Assembly: GCA_046116545.1 (NCBI GenBank)
Contig: CP175956.1
Coordinates: 641,734 to 705,733 of the forward strand
Direction: 5' to 3'
Source: Candidatus Moraniibacteriota bacterium
GTDB taxonomy: Bacteria > Patescibacteriota > Minisyncoccia > Moranbacterales > GCA-2747515
DNA: 64,000 nt
Every line of letters begins with the position of its first letter. The stretch's first letter is position 1. The notes under the pieces are model-generated. The model saw only the letters and a program-made list of their open reading frames with translations, had not been told where the DNA came from and made no database searches. The position numbers and the translations under genes were made by a program. Of the stretch, positions 9,060 to 19,610 are shown in pieces.

Positions 9060-9515
9060 ATGAGTACAAATTATTATGATATTTTAGGAGTTGAAAAGAC
9101 AGCATCTGAGAAGGAAATCAAGATGGCTTTTCGTAAACTCGCACACCAACATCATCCAGATAAGGGTGGGGATGAAAGAAAGTTTAAAGAAATAAATGAA
9201 GCTTATCAAACATTATCAAAAGCTGATAAACGCAAACAATACGATACGTTTGGCAGTGCTTCAACGGGTGGTTTTGGTAATGCGGGAGGTTTTGGAGGAG
9301 CCCAAGGTGGATTTAATAACGCAAGTTATACTCAGTATGCAGATATGTTTTCTCGTCGCAATGGCACAGGTGGTAAAATATTTTCTTTCAAAAGTATACC
9401 TGGATGGGCATGGATATTTTTGTTACCAATTATAATAGTTGTGGCAGCGATTGGTCTTATTTTTGTATTTATGTGGATAGTATTTTCCACTTTTAGAGTT
9501 ACAGTTAATAAATAA
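9060..9515 (+). CDS. J-domain protein with G/F-rich linker and C-terminal TM helix
   Basis: NYYDILGV...[15 protein letters not shown]; lacks zinc finger and substrate domain. Confidence 0.9.
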   Translation: MSTNYYDILGVEKTASEKEIKMAFRKLAHQHHPDKGGDERKFKEINEAYQTLSKADKRKQYDTFGSASTGGFGNAGGFGGAQGGFNNASYTQYADMFSRRNGTGGKIFSFKSIPGWAWIFLLPIIIVVAAIGLIFVFMWIVFSTFRVTVNK

Positions 9516-9517
9516 AT

Positions 9518-9817
9518 ATGAATGACATTCTTTTATATATAATTATATTTTTTGTAATCATGAATGTGGTTGCTTTTTTGATGATGTGGATTGATAAAGG
9601 TAAGGCGAACAAAAAAGGTGCTAACAGAATTTCAGAGGGCATGCTATTTTTTATGGCAACTTTTTTTGGTAGCGTAGGTGTATATTTGGGAATGTTTACT
9701 TTTAGACACAAAACAAGGAAATGGTATTTTATTGTTGGAATTCCATTTATTATATTACAAAATATTATATTTTTACTTTTTATTCATCAGGTATACTTAG
9801 GCAATATTTTTTTATAA
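9518..9817 (+). CDS. DUF1294 (YsdA-like) membrane protein
   Basis: IDK.KA....RISE..L...GM..FRHKT.K..F motif. Confidence 0.85.
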   Translation: MNDILLYIIIFFVIMNVVAFLMMWIDKGKANKKGANRISEGMLFFMATFFGSVGVYLGMFTFRHKTRKWYFIVGIPFIILQNIIFLLFIHQVYLGNIFL

Positions 9818-9859
9818 AAAGTAAAAACGATATCATTATTAAATAATATCGTTTTTTTG

Positions 9860-10126
9860 TTAGTCTTGTATGCAATTTATCAGTTGTTTTTTTCTGAAAT
9901 TGCTGGTTGAATTCATGTAATTGAAGAATTCGCCTCTTGCCATATAATATTCAGCAGTGTCCCCAAGCTTATCAGAAACATTCAAGGAACTAGCTGTTAT
10001 TGTTAACATATTGCTATTGAAGCAATTATGGTATTCACAGATGAAAAATAATGCTATGAGTGGTGTCATGTTTTCATCAGTGCTTACTAATATATCAATG
10101 AGTTTTTGTGTGTTTATGTCATCCAT
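9860..10126 (-). CDS. Hypothetical protein
   Basis: ORF with GAGG SD, third gene of a small operon. Confidence 0.55.
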   Translation of the reverse strand: MDDINTQKLIDILVSTDENMTPLIALFFICEYHNCFNSNMLTITASSLNVSDKLGDTAEYYMARGEFFNYMNSTSNFRKKQLINCIQD

Positions 10127-10136
10127 AGATATACCT

Positions 10137-10418
10137 CTAAAATAATAATTTTATTTTTCTCTTTTGAGAAGGCGTAATGGCTGGAAGCCAGAAATCACTA
10201 ACTGCCTCTGTAGTTTGCATATAACCATTTAAATTTTCACCAAGAAGCAAAGTTTGTAATATACGACTTTTGCGTGTAATTAATGCATTTCCTTTGCAAT
10301 TTTTTAATTGTGGATGTTTATCAAAAATATATGATATAACATAAATTTCATCACCACATCTTTGTGTGATAGTTGTAATTTTATTATACAACTCAATAAT
10401 TTGTTTATCAGAAAGCAT
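10137..10418 (-). CDS. Hypothetical protein
   Basis: ATG after AAGGAG SD at the end of the upstream gene. Confidence 0.6.
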   Translation of the reverse strand: MLSDKQIIELYNKITTITQRCGDEIYVISYIFDKHPQLKNCKGNALITRKSRILQTLLLGENLNGYMQTTEAVSDFWLPAITPSQKRKIKLLF

Positions 10419-10422
10419 ATCA

Positions 10423-10956
10423 TTAACTCCTTCTTTTTCTGAGGTTTTTATGAAGCAGTGTTTGTAGTCCTGTCTTACGATCAATAGGTGAATAACTATG
10501 ACATTTAGAACAATATAGTGCAACAAATTGCACACATTTTTCATCCTGTCGATTCTCATACGCTTTAGGTATCCTGGGAATATGACATTTAGGACAGGTA
10601 TGTGTTTGAGTTTGCATTAACTCAAGTAAAATAGTCACACGTTCTTTTAGTCGCATACGCCATTTACCATACATTGAGATATCCTTCATCTCTATGAGAT
10701 AGGGAGGAGTATCTTTGCCAATAATATTTGATACTATTTTAATTTTTCTACTACTATCCAAATCAAATTTATCATAAGCATTAACATAAAGAGGTAAAGT
10801 GACAATGATAGAAATTCCAATAGAATCAAAATTGTTGTAATAAATAATTTTTTTGGAATGATCCGTTGGTTCAAGTCTTAGAAATTGTCCTCCAAAAAGA
10901 ATAGAAAAGAATTCTTTCATATCAGTATTAAAACTTTCTGGATAAAAAATGCACAT
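10423..10956 (-). CDS. Hypothetical protein with C-terminal zinc ribbon
   Basis: CPKC...CSKC; AAGGAG SD. Confidence 0.65.
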   Translation of the reverse strand: MCIFYPESFNTDMKEFFSILFGGQFLRLEPTDHSKKIIYYNNFDSIGISIIVTLPLYVNAYDKFDLDSSRKIKIVSNIIGKDTPPYLIEMKDISMYGKWRMRLKERVTILLELMQTQTHTCPKCHIPRIPKAYENRQDEKCVQFVALYCSKCHSYSPIDRKTGLQTLLHKNLRKRRS

Positions 10957-11094
10957 TTTTTAATACTCCTTAGCATTGGTTTAATGTTAAATTTTGAAAT
11001 AACTATATAACGTATAAATATATAGGTAATTTTATGAATTGTCAATAATAAAAATGCTTATGATATGTTATATCATAAGCATTAAGAAATATTT

Positions 11095-11439
11095 TTATAA
11101 AGAACGTTTAATGAGGATAATGCCAAAAAGTATAAATGTAATGAGAAATAGAAAAAAATTACAAATGAATACTATTGGTACTAGTTTATCTAATAATGCA
11201 GATAGATTATTTGGTAGAATCAATAAAGATTGATCTAGTAATGCAAGACATGCTGTCATGCCAAGCGATGCTATAGCAATCGTTCCCATTGAAAGTAGTG
11301 TGTTTTTGAATTTTTGAAAGTCAGTTTTTGTGGGTGTTTCCAAAAAAAATGAATTAAAAGATTTTTTTGTTTCAAAAATATATGTATAGAGTGCCTTTGA
11401 AGAAGCAATCAAACATACAATTAATAACAAATCTAGCAT
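11095..11439 (-). CDS. Hypothetical membrane protein
   Basis: Three hydrophobic segments, AAGGAG SD. Confidence 0.6.
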   Translation of the reverse strand: MLDLLLIVCLIASSKALYTYIFETKKSFNSFFLETPTKTDFQKFKNTLLSMGTIAIASLGMTACLALLDQSLLILPNNLSALLDKLVPIVFICNFFLFLITFILFGIILIKRSL

Positions 11440-11563
11440 AAAATCAACTCCTTTTATATTGTTAGTGAACATGTATAAGTCAATATATAATAGATTATCC
11501 TGAGTGAAAAGTCAATATAGAAAAGATGTTTAGTTACTTTAATTTTTGTGGTATACTATATAC

Positions 11564-13639
11564 ATGAAACAAAAACAAAATTATTCACAATTATTTAATC
11601 CGCGTTCAATTGCGGTTATAGGAGCAAGTAGCACGAAGGGAAAGGTTGGAAATATGATAGCGCGTAATATTACATCTCATAAATATGATGGTGATGTGTT
11701 TTTTGTGAATCCTAAAAGAGATAAAATACTTGGTAAAAAGTGTTATAAATCATTAATTGATATAAAACAGTCTGTTGATTGTACCATTGTAGTTGTACCT
11801 GGAAAATTTGTTGAACAAGTTATACGTGAGAGTATAGATGTCTGTAAAAATTTTGTTGTTATATCAGCAGGCTTTGGGGAGACTGGAATGAAGGGTCATA
11901 ATATGGAAATGTCATTGAATGCATTAGCCATGAAAGAAAACATAAATATACTAGGACCAAATTGTTTGGGATTTCTTACGCCATCAATTGGTCTTAATGC
12001 TTCATTTGCAGAGGGGCTTCCTGCAGAGGGAAAGACTGCAGTGATATCTCAATCTGGAGCATTAGCAGTTGCAATTATGGATAAAGCCAGAGAAGAAAAT
12101 ATAGGTTTTTCATCTGTTGTATCAATTGGAAATAAAATGCAAATTGGGGCGGCTGAATTAATAGAGTATTTTAGAAAAGATAAAAATACAGATACGATAG
12201 CATTATATTTAGAAGGAGTTAATCGTGGAACATTATTTCTAGAGGCTATTTCAAATGCAGTTAACGATGGTAAGAAAGTTATAATTCTGAAAGCAGGAGT
12301 AACACAAGAAGCACAAGAAGCGATTGCTCTTCATACGGGCTCTTTAGCTGGTAGTGATGATATATTTAGCGCAGCTTTGAAAAAAGTTGGAGGTGTACGA
12401 GCTAATAGTATGAGTGAGTTTTTTGCACTCATTAGATTTGCTCAGCATTATAAGAGTGATATTGATGGAGTAGCTAATATAGGTATAGTCACAAATGCTG
12501 GTGGTCCTGGAGTTTTGGCAACTGATGTAGTTGCTAGTGTTGAAGGAGTTGAAATGAGTAAATTGGAAAAAAATACGAGGGACATTTTAAAAAAGAAGCT
12601 ACCAGAGGCTGCTTCAGTACATAATCCAGTTGATTTACTTGGAGATGCTACATTAGATAGGTATGAGATTGGTATTAAAAAAATGATTTCTGATAAGTCA
12701 GTAGATGTCATTTTAGTATTGCTGACACCACAAGATCAAACTCCAGTTAAAGAGGTGGCTAAGTTGGTGATAGAATTGCAAGCTAAGACAAAGAAATTGA
12801 TTATAACATCCTTCATAGGAGGAGAACGCGTAAGAGGTGCTATCGAAGAGATGAATGCTGGTGGTGTATTACATTTTATATCTCCACGAGTTGCGTTAAC
12901 TGCTGTATCAGCATTTGTGCGTAAGCGTGATGTTTATAATATTGTAAAAAAGCCTGTTTCCAAAGAGCGGTCTGACAAAGTCAGTAAGATTATAGAAAAT
13001 GCTTCAGGACAGGAATCACTATATTTTCAGGAGTGTGCTGATATTGCAAAAATGTATAATATTCCAATGAGTAAATTTTGGGATGTAACAAATGGTTTGG
13101 ATGCTGAAATGAAAATAAAATATCCATGTGTTGTGAAAGTTGATAATCCAAATGTATTACACAAGACTGATAGAGGTGGAGTGCTATTGCCTATAAATAA
13201 CTTAAAAGAATTAATTGAGGCTAGAGAAATCTTATTAAATAGATTTGAAGAAGATGGTACTAGAGTTATTGCACAGCCAATGCTTAAGATAAAGACAGAA
13301 TTGATCATAGGGTTAAAAAGAGATTCAGTTTTTGGAGTTGTGATTGTAGCTGGATTTGGAGGTATATACACGGAGGTGTTTAATAAAGTAAATTTTTACA
13401 TATCACCATTGACCACGTCAGAAATAAAAAATACTTTACGAAGTGGTGCATTAAGTTTTTTATTTGATGGAACTCGTGGAGAGGAAAGTTATAATTTGAA
13501 TTCTATAGCAGATATCATATACAATATGGCACTTATGGGGAGTGAAAATTCAAAAATCGTAGCGATAGATATAAATCCACTCCTTGTGTATAACGATGAT
13601 AAACCAGACGTAGCGGTTGATTTTAAAATTGTATTGTAA
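11564..13639 (+). CDS. Acetate--CoA ligase (ADP-forming), fused alpha/beta
   Basis: SIAVIGAS, GPNCLG, SQSGA, HTGSLAG catalytic His, TNAGGPGV, HKTDRGGV ATP-grasp, DINPL. Confidence 0.92.
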   Translation: MKQKQNYSQLFNPRSIAVIGASSTKGKVGNMIARNITSHKYDGDVFFVNPKRDKILGKKCYKSLIDIKQSVDCTIVVVPGKFVEQVIRESIDVCKNFVVISAGFGETGMKGHNMEMSLNALAMKENINILGPNCLGFLTPSIGLNASFAEGLPAEGKTAVISQSGALAVAIMDKAREENIGFSSVVSIGNKMQIGAAELIEYFRKDKNTDTIALYLEGVNRGTLFLEAISNAVNDGKKVIILKAGVTQEAQEAIALHTGSLAGSDDIFSAALKKVGGVRANSMSEFFALIRFAQHYKSDIDGVANIGIVTNAGGPGVLATDVVASVEGVEMSKLEKNTRDILKKKLPEAASVHNPVDLLGDATLDRYEIGIKKMISDKSVDVILVLLTPQDQTPVKEVAKLVIELQAKTKKLIITSFIGGERVRGAIEEMNAGGVLHFISPRVALTAVSAFVRKRDVYNIVKKPVSKERSDKVSKIIENASGQESLYFQECADIAKMYNIPMSKFWDVTNGLDAEMKIKYPCVVKVDNPNVLHKTDRGGVLLPINNLKELIEAREILLNRFEEDGTRVIAQPMLKIKTELIIGLKRDSVFGVVIVAGFGGIYTEVFNKVNFYISPLTTSEIKNTLRSGALSFLFDGTRGEESYNLNSIADIIYNMALMGSENSKIVAIDINPLLVYNDDKPDVAVDFKIVL

Positions 13640-13646
13640 AAAATAT

Positions 13647-14711
13647 ATGACATTACAAAATAAAAGAAACGATTTATTAAACACTGAAGATGCATACGAC
13701 GATAATGCATTAGATTTATTTGATAAATACAGTGTAACAATTGATGAAGATAATCCAGTTGAAATTAATGCTGATTTAAGTATTGAAAATGAATTAGAAG
13801 AGCAAAAGGAGCCGCTAGTACAAGAAGAAGTTATAGTTAAATCGGAAGAATCAATAAACTCTACAAAAAGTGAGATTAATGAAAAAAATGATGACACCGA
13901 ATCAATAAATAATATTTCTGTATCTGAGACTAATGAAGATGAAGCACCTATTCATGCAATAGCGCCCGTTAGAGATAATTATAATTCGGTTTCAAAACAG
14001 TTGGATACACATAATGTAATAGTTACTCAACAAGAAGAATCTGTCTATGAGGCTTCTGCTTCAACTAATGGCGTAAAAACTGAAAAAGAAAAAACTATAA
14101 AAAGGAGTTATACGGGGGATGTTGAGAAGTTTTTGGATAATAATATTCATGTAGATCCTAGTAAAAAAACAATACTTATTGTTGATGATGATATTGATAC
14201 ATTGGAGATGTATGCAGATGTATTTACAAATGCTAATTATAATGTTTTGAGAGCAGCTGATGGATTAGAGGCTATACATGTTCTATCAAATAATATTCCA
14301 CATATTATATTTACTGGAATTGTTATGCCTAGGATGGATGGTTTTGAAATGATGCAAGCATTGAAACAGGATAAACGTACGGAAGGAATTCCTGTTATTA
14401 TTAATTCTCATTTAGGGAGAGATACCGATAAAAAACAAGCTCAGGAGTTGGGTGCAAAAGATTTTATAATAAGAGGATTTACGCAGCCAAAAGAAGTATT
14501 GGAGAGAGTGGGAGCATTACTACTACATAGTGAATATGTAATACATTTTGATTCACAAGATGAAGATATTGTAAGGTTGGCAAATGATTTGGGAACATCA
14601 GACTTTTTACACTGTCCACAAGGTCAGCGAATGGTTTTAAAAATTCATATTGATGATGAGCAAAACTTAACTTTTTCAGCTAGATTTAGTTGTGTGGATG
14701 ATAAAAAATAG
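13647..14711 (+). CDS. Response-regulator receiver protein with long acidic N-terminus
   Basis: ILIVDDD...MPRMDGFE...GAKDFI; phosphoacceptor position reads G (IFTGIVMP). Confidence 0.8.
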   Translation: MTLQNKRNDLLNTEDAYDDNALDLFDKYSVTIDEDNPVEINADLSIENELEEQKEPLVQEEVIVKSEESINSTKSEINEKNDDTESINNISVSETNEDEAPIHAIAPVRDNYNSVSKQLDTHNVIVTQQEESVYEASASTNGVKTEKEKTIKRSYTGDVEKFLDNNIHVDPSKKTILIVDDDIDTLEMYADVFTNANYNVLRAADGLEAIHVLSNNIPHIIFTGIVMPRMDGFEMMQALKQDKRTEGIPVIINSHLGRDTDKKQAQELGAKDFIIRGFTQPKEVLERVGALLLHSEYVIHFDSQDEDIVRLANDLGTSDFLHCPQGQRMVLKIHIDDEQNLTFSARFSCVDDKK

Positions 14712-14774
14712 TTGTTTTTTGTAGATGATTGAGTTATTATATATTCAATAATTATTTTTATAGGAGGAGGGTTA

Positions 14775-14996
14775 ATGGAATCAAATAATGTATCATTTGA
14801 AAAGTTTGTTGAGACCGTTGTAAGTATTTTAGATTCGGTTTCTAAGAAAAGAAAAGAACTTAAGGGTGAGAGTGATGAAGAGTTTTTAAAAAGCACATTT
14901 GAAACAATAAAAAAACGTAAGGGCTACGTTGAAATGTCAGATGCTACATTAACAGGTGAAACAATGCGAGCACAGTTGAAGGTGTATGAATGGTAA
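14775..14996 (+). CDS. Hypothetical protein
   Basis: AGGAGG SD, 73 aa ORF, hairpin after stop. Confidence 0.6.
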   Translation: MESNNVSFEKFVETVVSILDSVSKKRKELKGESDEEFLKSTFETIKKRKGYVEMSDATLTGETMRAQLKVYEW

Positions 14997-15054
14997 TTAA
15001 CTGGATGGAATATATAAATATCCCATCTTTTTATTTTATGTTACAATAATCAGT

Positions 15055-16752
15055 ATGCAAAAAAAATGGAATGTAAAAAAATACATTAATGATTCTATAG
15101 ATGGAATTGATAATGAAATCATAGAACAATTGTTGTTACAAAAAGACATTACATCAAAAGAAGATGCAATGAATTTTTTTACACCAAATTATGATGAACT
15201 TCATGATGCTTTTTTATTTGAGGATATGGATAAGGTTGTTGAGCGTGTAGAAAAGGCAATTAAAAATCAAGAAATAATAGGAATATTTGGTGACCATGAT
15301 GCTGATGGAGTAAGTAGTGCTACTGTACTTGTTGAGGGATTAGAAAAATTAGGTTTGAATGTAGATGTTTATATACCTAATAAAATTACAGAAGGTCACG
15401 GTATAAATAAAAAGGCTATTGATGAGTTTGTTGCCATTGGAGTCACTTTAATGTTCAGTGTTGATTGCGGAACTTCAAATGTTGATGAAGTTGATTATAC
15501 AAATGAGCAGGGGTTAGATGTTATAATAACGGACCATCATCATGCTCCTGACACTCTACCAAATGCTTATGCAATTATAAATCCACAATTACCTAAATGT
15601 AAGTATCCATTTAAAAATTTATCAGGAACAGCAGTCGCATTTAAAGTTGTGGAAGCACTATTTGATAGGATTGCACCAGAGAAATCTGAACAGTTAAAAT
15701 GGTTACTTGATGTCGTATGTGTAGGAACAATAGCTGATTGCATGCCATTAGTTGGTGAAAATAGGACACTTGTTAAATATGGACTTATAGTTTTATCAAA
15801 AACTCAGAGATTGGGTTATCAGGAGATGTGCAATGTGGGTAATATAGCTATAAATAATGGAAGTATTCCATCAGCAACTACAGTAGCCTTTCAAATTGCT
15901 CCTAGGATTAATGCAGCAGGTAGAATGAGTCATGCAAAGTATGCATTTGAGCTTATGCGTGAAACTGATAAGTCACTAGCAATCAAACAAGCTCAAGAAC
16001 TAGAAAAGCAAAATTTACAAAGACGAGAAATAACAGAATTACTAACAGCCGAGGTAGAACAAATAATAGAAAAGGATCATAAGGATAAGTCTTTTATAGT
16101 AATAGCAGATAGAAATTACCCAGTTGGGATAGTGGGGATAATAGCAGGGAGAGTTGCTCAGAAATATGGTAAACCAACAGGTATTTTTACAAAGTATGAC
16201 AATGAAAGTAGAGGGTCTTTTCGAAGTGTAGAAGGTGTACATATATTAGATGTATTAAATGCATGTAGTGAGCATCTGGGTAAGTTTGGAGGACATGAAC
16301 AAGCAGCTGGAGCAACTATCCAAAATGATAATTTTGATAATTTTAGCATTGCAGCAAATGAGTTTATAGATGAAAATATAGATTTGAAGAAAAATAAGCA
16401 ATGCCTAACTGCAAATTGTGAGATAACATTTAAGGATATTAGTAGAAAATTATCGACAGAATTACAGAAATTTGAACCATTTGGAGAAAGTAATGAGGAG
16501 CCTGTTTTCATGTTACAAAATCTTGTTATAGATGACATAAGAACTGTGGGTAGCGACAAAAAACATCTTAAATTAAAGTTAGCACAAGAAGGCTTTGCAC
16601 AATCTTATGATGCAATAGGTTTTGGAATTGGTAATTTAATCAATGAACTGAATAGGGGTGATTTAGTTGACGTTGTGGTTAATATTCAAGAGAATGAATG
16701 GATGGGTAATGTAAGTGTGCAGTTTAATATTGTAGACATTATGAAAAAGTAG
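15055..16752 (+). CDS. recJ: Single-stranded-DNA exonuclease RecJ
   Basis: GDHDADG, VDCG, TDHH, APRINAAGR, GGHEQAAG. Confidence 0.96.
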   Translation: MQKKWNVKKYINDSIDGIDNEIIEQLLLQKDITSKEDAMNFFTPNYDELHDAFLFEDMDKVVERVEKAIKNQEIIGIFGDHDADGVSSATVLVEGLEKLGLNVDVYIPNKITEGHGINKKAIDEFVAIGVTLMFSVDCGTSNVDEVDYTNEQGLDVIITDHHHAPDTLPNAYAIINPQLPKCKYPFKNLSGTAVAFKVVEALFDRIAPEKSEQLKWLLDVVCVGTIADCMPLVGENRTLVKYGLIVLSKTQRLGYQEMCNVGNIAINNGSIPSATTVAFQIAPRINAAGRMSHAKYAFELMRETDKSLAIKQAQELEKQNLQRREITELLTAEVEQIIEKDHKDKSFIVIADRNYPVGIVGIIAGRVAQKYGKPTGIFTKYDNESRGSFRSVEGVHILDVLNACSEHLGKFGGHEQAAGATIQNDNFDNFSIAANEFIDENIDLKKNKQCLTANCEITFKDISRKLSTELQKFEPFGESNEEPVFMLQNLVIDDIRTVGSDKKHLKLKLAQEGFAQSYDAIGFGIGNLINELNRGDLVDVVVNIQENEWMGNVSVQFNIVDIMKK

Positions 16753-16870
16753 AGTTTTAATATTACATACTTTTCAAAAAATATTTGAAAAAGTTTATAT
16801 TTGTGGTACGGTTTAGTATAGTTTTTTAACAATAACAAATTTATAAATTACAAATAGGAGGAATTAATTG

Positions 16871-17668
16871 ATGAAAAAGGTGACAATGGTTGTTTTGGCG
16901 TTGGTGGTTGGATTAATTAATTCAACTGTTGTGCAAGCAAATGCAAAGGATCAATATCATTTTTGGGATGTGGGAGTTGAATTATCAAATATTGTATATA
17001 AAGAGCCTGGTCGCATGAAAGAGAGTGGAGATATGATAGGAATAACTGGTTCTTATGCATATCATAATAATGTGATGATTAAATTTGAAGGCGTTTTCAA
17101 ATATGGACAAGTAGATTATGATGGAAAATTACAAAATGGAACACCAATTACGCTAAATAATATTGATGATTATATTACAGAAATTCGGGGACTAAGTGGT
17201 TACGATTTTCAAGTGGCTACGACGACGATTACTCCATATATAGGATTAGGCTATAGGTATTTAATTGATACTATGGGATCAGTTTTTATGCATGGATATG
17301 ATAGAGAATCAAATTATTTGTATAGTCCTATAGGGTTAACAACTCTTACCAATTTACAAAATGGATGGTCCGTTGGAGTAATATTGGAATATGATGTTTT
17401 TTGGAGAGGAACTCAAAAAAGTTATATGAGTAATCTACAACATGGTTATAATGATATAAAGAAAGATCAACATAGTGGTTATGGACTCAGAGGATCCATT
17501 AAAATTCAAAAATCTCATTTTTTAATTGAACCCTTTATACGTTATTGGAATATTGGAGATTCTGATATATCCATGCTGACTTCTTATGGAAGTCCAATAG
17601 GAAAATGGTTCTTTGAGCCTAATAATAACTCTACAGAAATTGGATTGAGAGTTATTTGGAGGTTTTAG
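16871..17668 (+). CDS. Outer-membrane beta-barrel-like protein
   Basis: Signal peptide, amphipathic Tyr/Gly-rich strands (TPYIGLGYRY, IEPFIRYW), C-terminal LRVIWRF. Confidence 0.7.
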   Translation: MKKVTMVVLALVVGLINSTVVQANAKDQYHFWDVGVELSNIVYKEPGRMKESGDMIGITGSYAYHNNVMIKFEGVFKYGQVDYDGKLQNGTPITLNNIDDYITEIRGLSGYDFQVATTTITPYIGLGYRYLIDTMGSVFMHGYDRESNYLYSPIGLTTLTNLQNGWSVGVILEYDVFWRGTQKSYMSNLQHGYNDIKKDQHSGYGLRGSIKIQKSHFLIEPFIRYWNIGDSDISMLTSYGSPIGKWFFEPNNNSTEIGLRVIWRF

Positions 17669-17815
17669 TTAACAGTTATGCACGCAAGCTCTAACTACAT
17701 ATTATGTAGTTAGAGTTTTATATTTCTTGACTAAAATTTAAATTTAAGGTATTATATAATATTATAGTTTTTTGACAACAACATATTTATCAATTAAAAA
17801 CGTGAGGAGAAAAAA

Positions 17816-18952
17816 GTGAATAAAAGTATACACAAGATCGTGTTAACTGGTCCGCCATGTTCTGGAAAAAGTACAGCTATAAGCAGGGTTGTTGAATTTG
17901 TAAATAGTCTTGGTGTTAGGGCTGTTTCTGCTCCAGAAGCTGCTACAGAATTAAAGATAAATGGAATTACTCCAGAAAATTACAAAGATCCTGCCATGTT
18001 TCAAACTTTTCTTATAGAAAAGCTTTTGTTTAATGAGAGTTTTTTTACGAGAGCTTTACGACATAGTAAGGGTGTTATGGAAAATGGAGGTATTGTAGTT
18101 TGTGACAGAGGTCTTCATGATTGTTTGGCATATTCAGATAAAGAGTCAGTAGAAAGAACTTTGTTCGTACATCATGAGCTGAGTCTTGAAAAAGAAATAA
18201 GTTCAAGATATGCGATGGCTATATTTATGGATGTGGCACCTAAGAAATATTATACGAACCAAAATAATAGTGCTCGAGAAGAAACTTACACGGAGGCACT
18301 TTTACTAGGTTCAAAAACTGCTACTGCCTGGGTTGGACATCCTAACTTAATACTTGTTGGTAATAATTATGATGACTTTGATGGCAAGGTAAATGCTGTT
18401 ATCCAAAATGTTGCTCAGCTGGTAGGTGTGCCAGAGCCGTTAGCTATTGAACGCAAGTATCTTGTTCGCGATAGGCAAAGTATTGTGTTGGAAAAATTTC
18501 TTGAGCGTAAACAAGCGGTGTGTGTTAATATAGTACAGCATTATCTTATCGGCGATGGGGAAGAACGTGTGCGTGCTTGGACTCGTGATAGTGTGACAAC
18601 TTATTTTCATACCAAAAAAAGTAACGAGCCATCTGTCCAGAGAATAAAAACTGAAAAAATTATTTCTCGTGCGAAGTATGAGGAGCTTCTTAGAAGTGCT
18701 GATCCAGAGTGTGCTCCAATTGAAAAAGTTCGACATTACTTTATTGATAATAATCAATATTTTAGGTTAGATACTTTTCCACATAACTCAGGAGCACATT
18801 TGCTAGAAGTACAACCAACAACTGAGCAAGAGCATATAACTTTACCAGATTGTCTAAGTTGCTGTGCTATTGAGGTAACGGATGAGGCTATGTATTACAA
18901 CTATAATATTGCTAGAGAACTAGAAAAACAAAGGAGGTTAGTAAATGAATGA
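17816..18952 (+). CDS. AAA_28 (NadR/Ttd14-like) P-loop kinase fused to CYTH-like domain
   Basis: KIVLTGPPCSGKST, PEAAT, VCDRG, IERKYL, ERVR, IEKVR, LLEV. Confidence 0.8.
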   Translation: MNKSIHKIVLTGPPCSGKSTAISRVVEFVNSLGVRAVSAPEAATELKINGITPENYKDPAMFQTFLIEKLLFNESFFTRALRHSKGVMENGGIVVCDRGLHDCLAYSDKESVERTLFVHHELSLEKEISSRYAMAIFMDVAPKKYYTNQNNSAREETYTEALLLGSKTATAWVGHPNLILVGNNYDDFDGKVNAVIQNVAQLVGVPEPLAIERKYLVRDRQSIVLEKFLERKQAVCVNIVQHYLIGDGEERVRAWTRDSVTTYFHTKKSNEPSVQRIKTEKIISRAKYEELLRSADPECAPIEKVRHYFIDNNQYFRLDTFPHNSGAHLLEVQPTTEQEHITLPDCLSCCAIEVTDEAMYYNYNIARELEKQRRLVNE

Positions 18953-19427
18953 GAATGTAACTGTGGGCACAAGACATGCTTTAGATTTATTGGATGTCAG
19001 GTTTATAACAGATGATTTTTCTCCAAATAGCATCAAGACAGATAATGCTATTATGTTTGAAACTGTTATGCCATTTTTTGATGCATTGATAGATCAATAT
19101 TTTATCGAATGTGTAGATGAGGAAGCGCAATTGTACAAAGTGACAAATAGAGGTCGCTTTATAATTTCTATGGATGATGCTGATATTGTTGAAGATGTAA
19201 TTTTGACAGATAATCAGAAAAAAACATTGATCATAATGTCATTGATGGATGGAAAAGTATCTTCTGCAGATAATTCGTTCAATCCTCATCAATTTTGTGA
19301 TTTTGAAGATTTAATTACTAAGAAATTTGTCATGACAGACAGGGATTCTGATAACTGGTATCCATTTGTCTTCTGGCTTTCGAAAAAAGGTGAACAGTTT
19401 GCAAAGAAACATTGTATTATTTTGTGA
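18945..19427 (+). CDS. Hypothetical protein
   Basis: Overlaps upstream stop, AGGAGG SD, terminator near 19436-19471. Confidence 0.65.
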   Translation: MNENVTVGTRHALDLLDVRFITDDFSPNSIKTDNAIMFETVMPFFDALIDQYFIECVDEEAQLYKVTNRGRFIISMDDADIVEDVILTDNQKKTLIIMSLMDGKVSSADNSFNPHQFCDFEDLITKKFVMTDRDSDNWYPFVFWLSKKGEQFAKKHCIIL

Positions 19428-19610
19428 AATAATACAAAAACCCCGATCACATAACATGTGGTCGGGGTTTTAAATTTTTTGTATGTTAAGTATAGAAAGG
19501 TACAATATTAATGTGCTTGAGTTTTTAAGTAGATAACGAAAAGTTAATATTGTAGATATAAATTTTTAGTGTTAATATATAAGATATAAATAATAAAATA
19601 AATATAAAAT

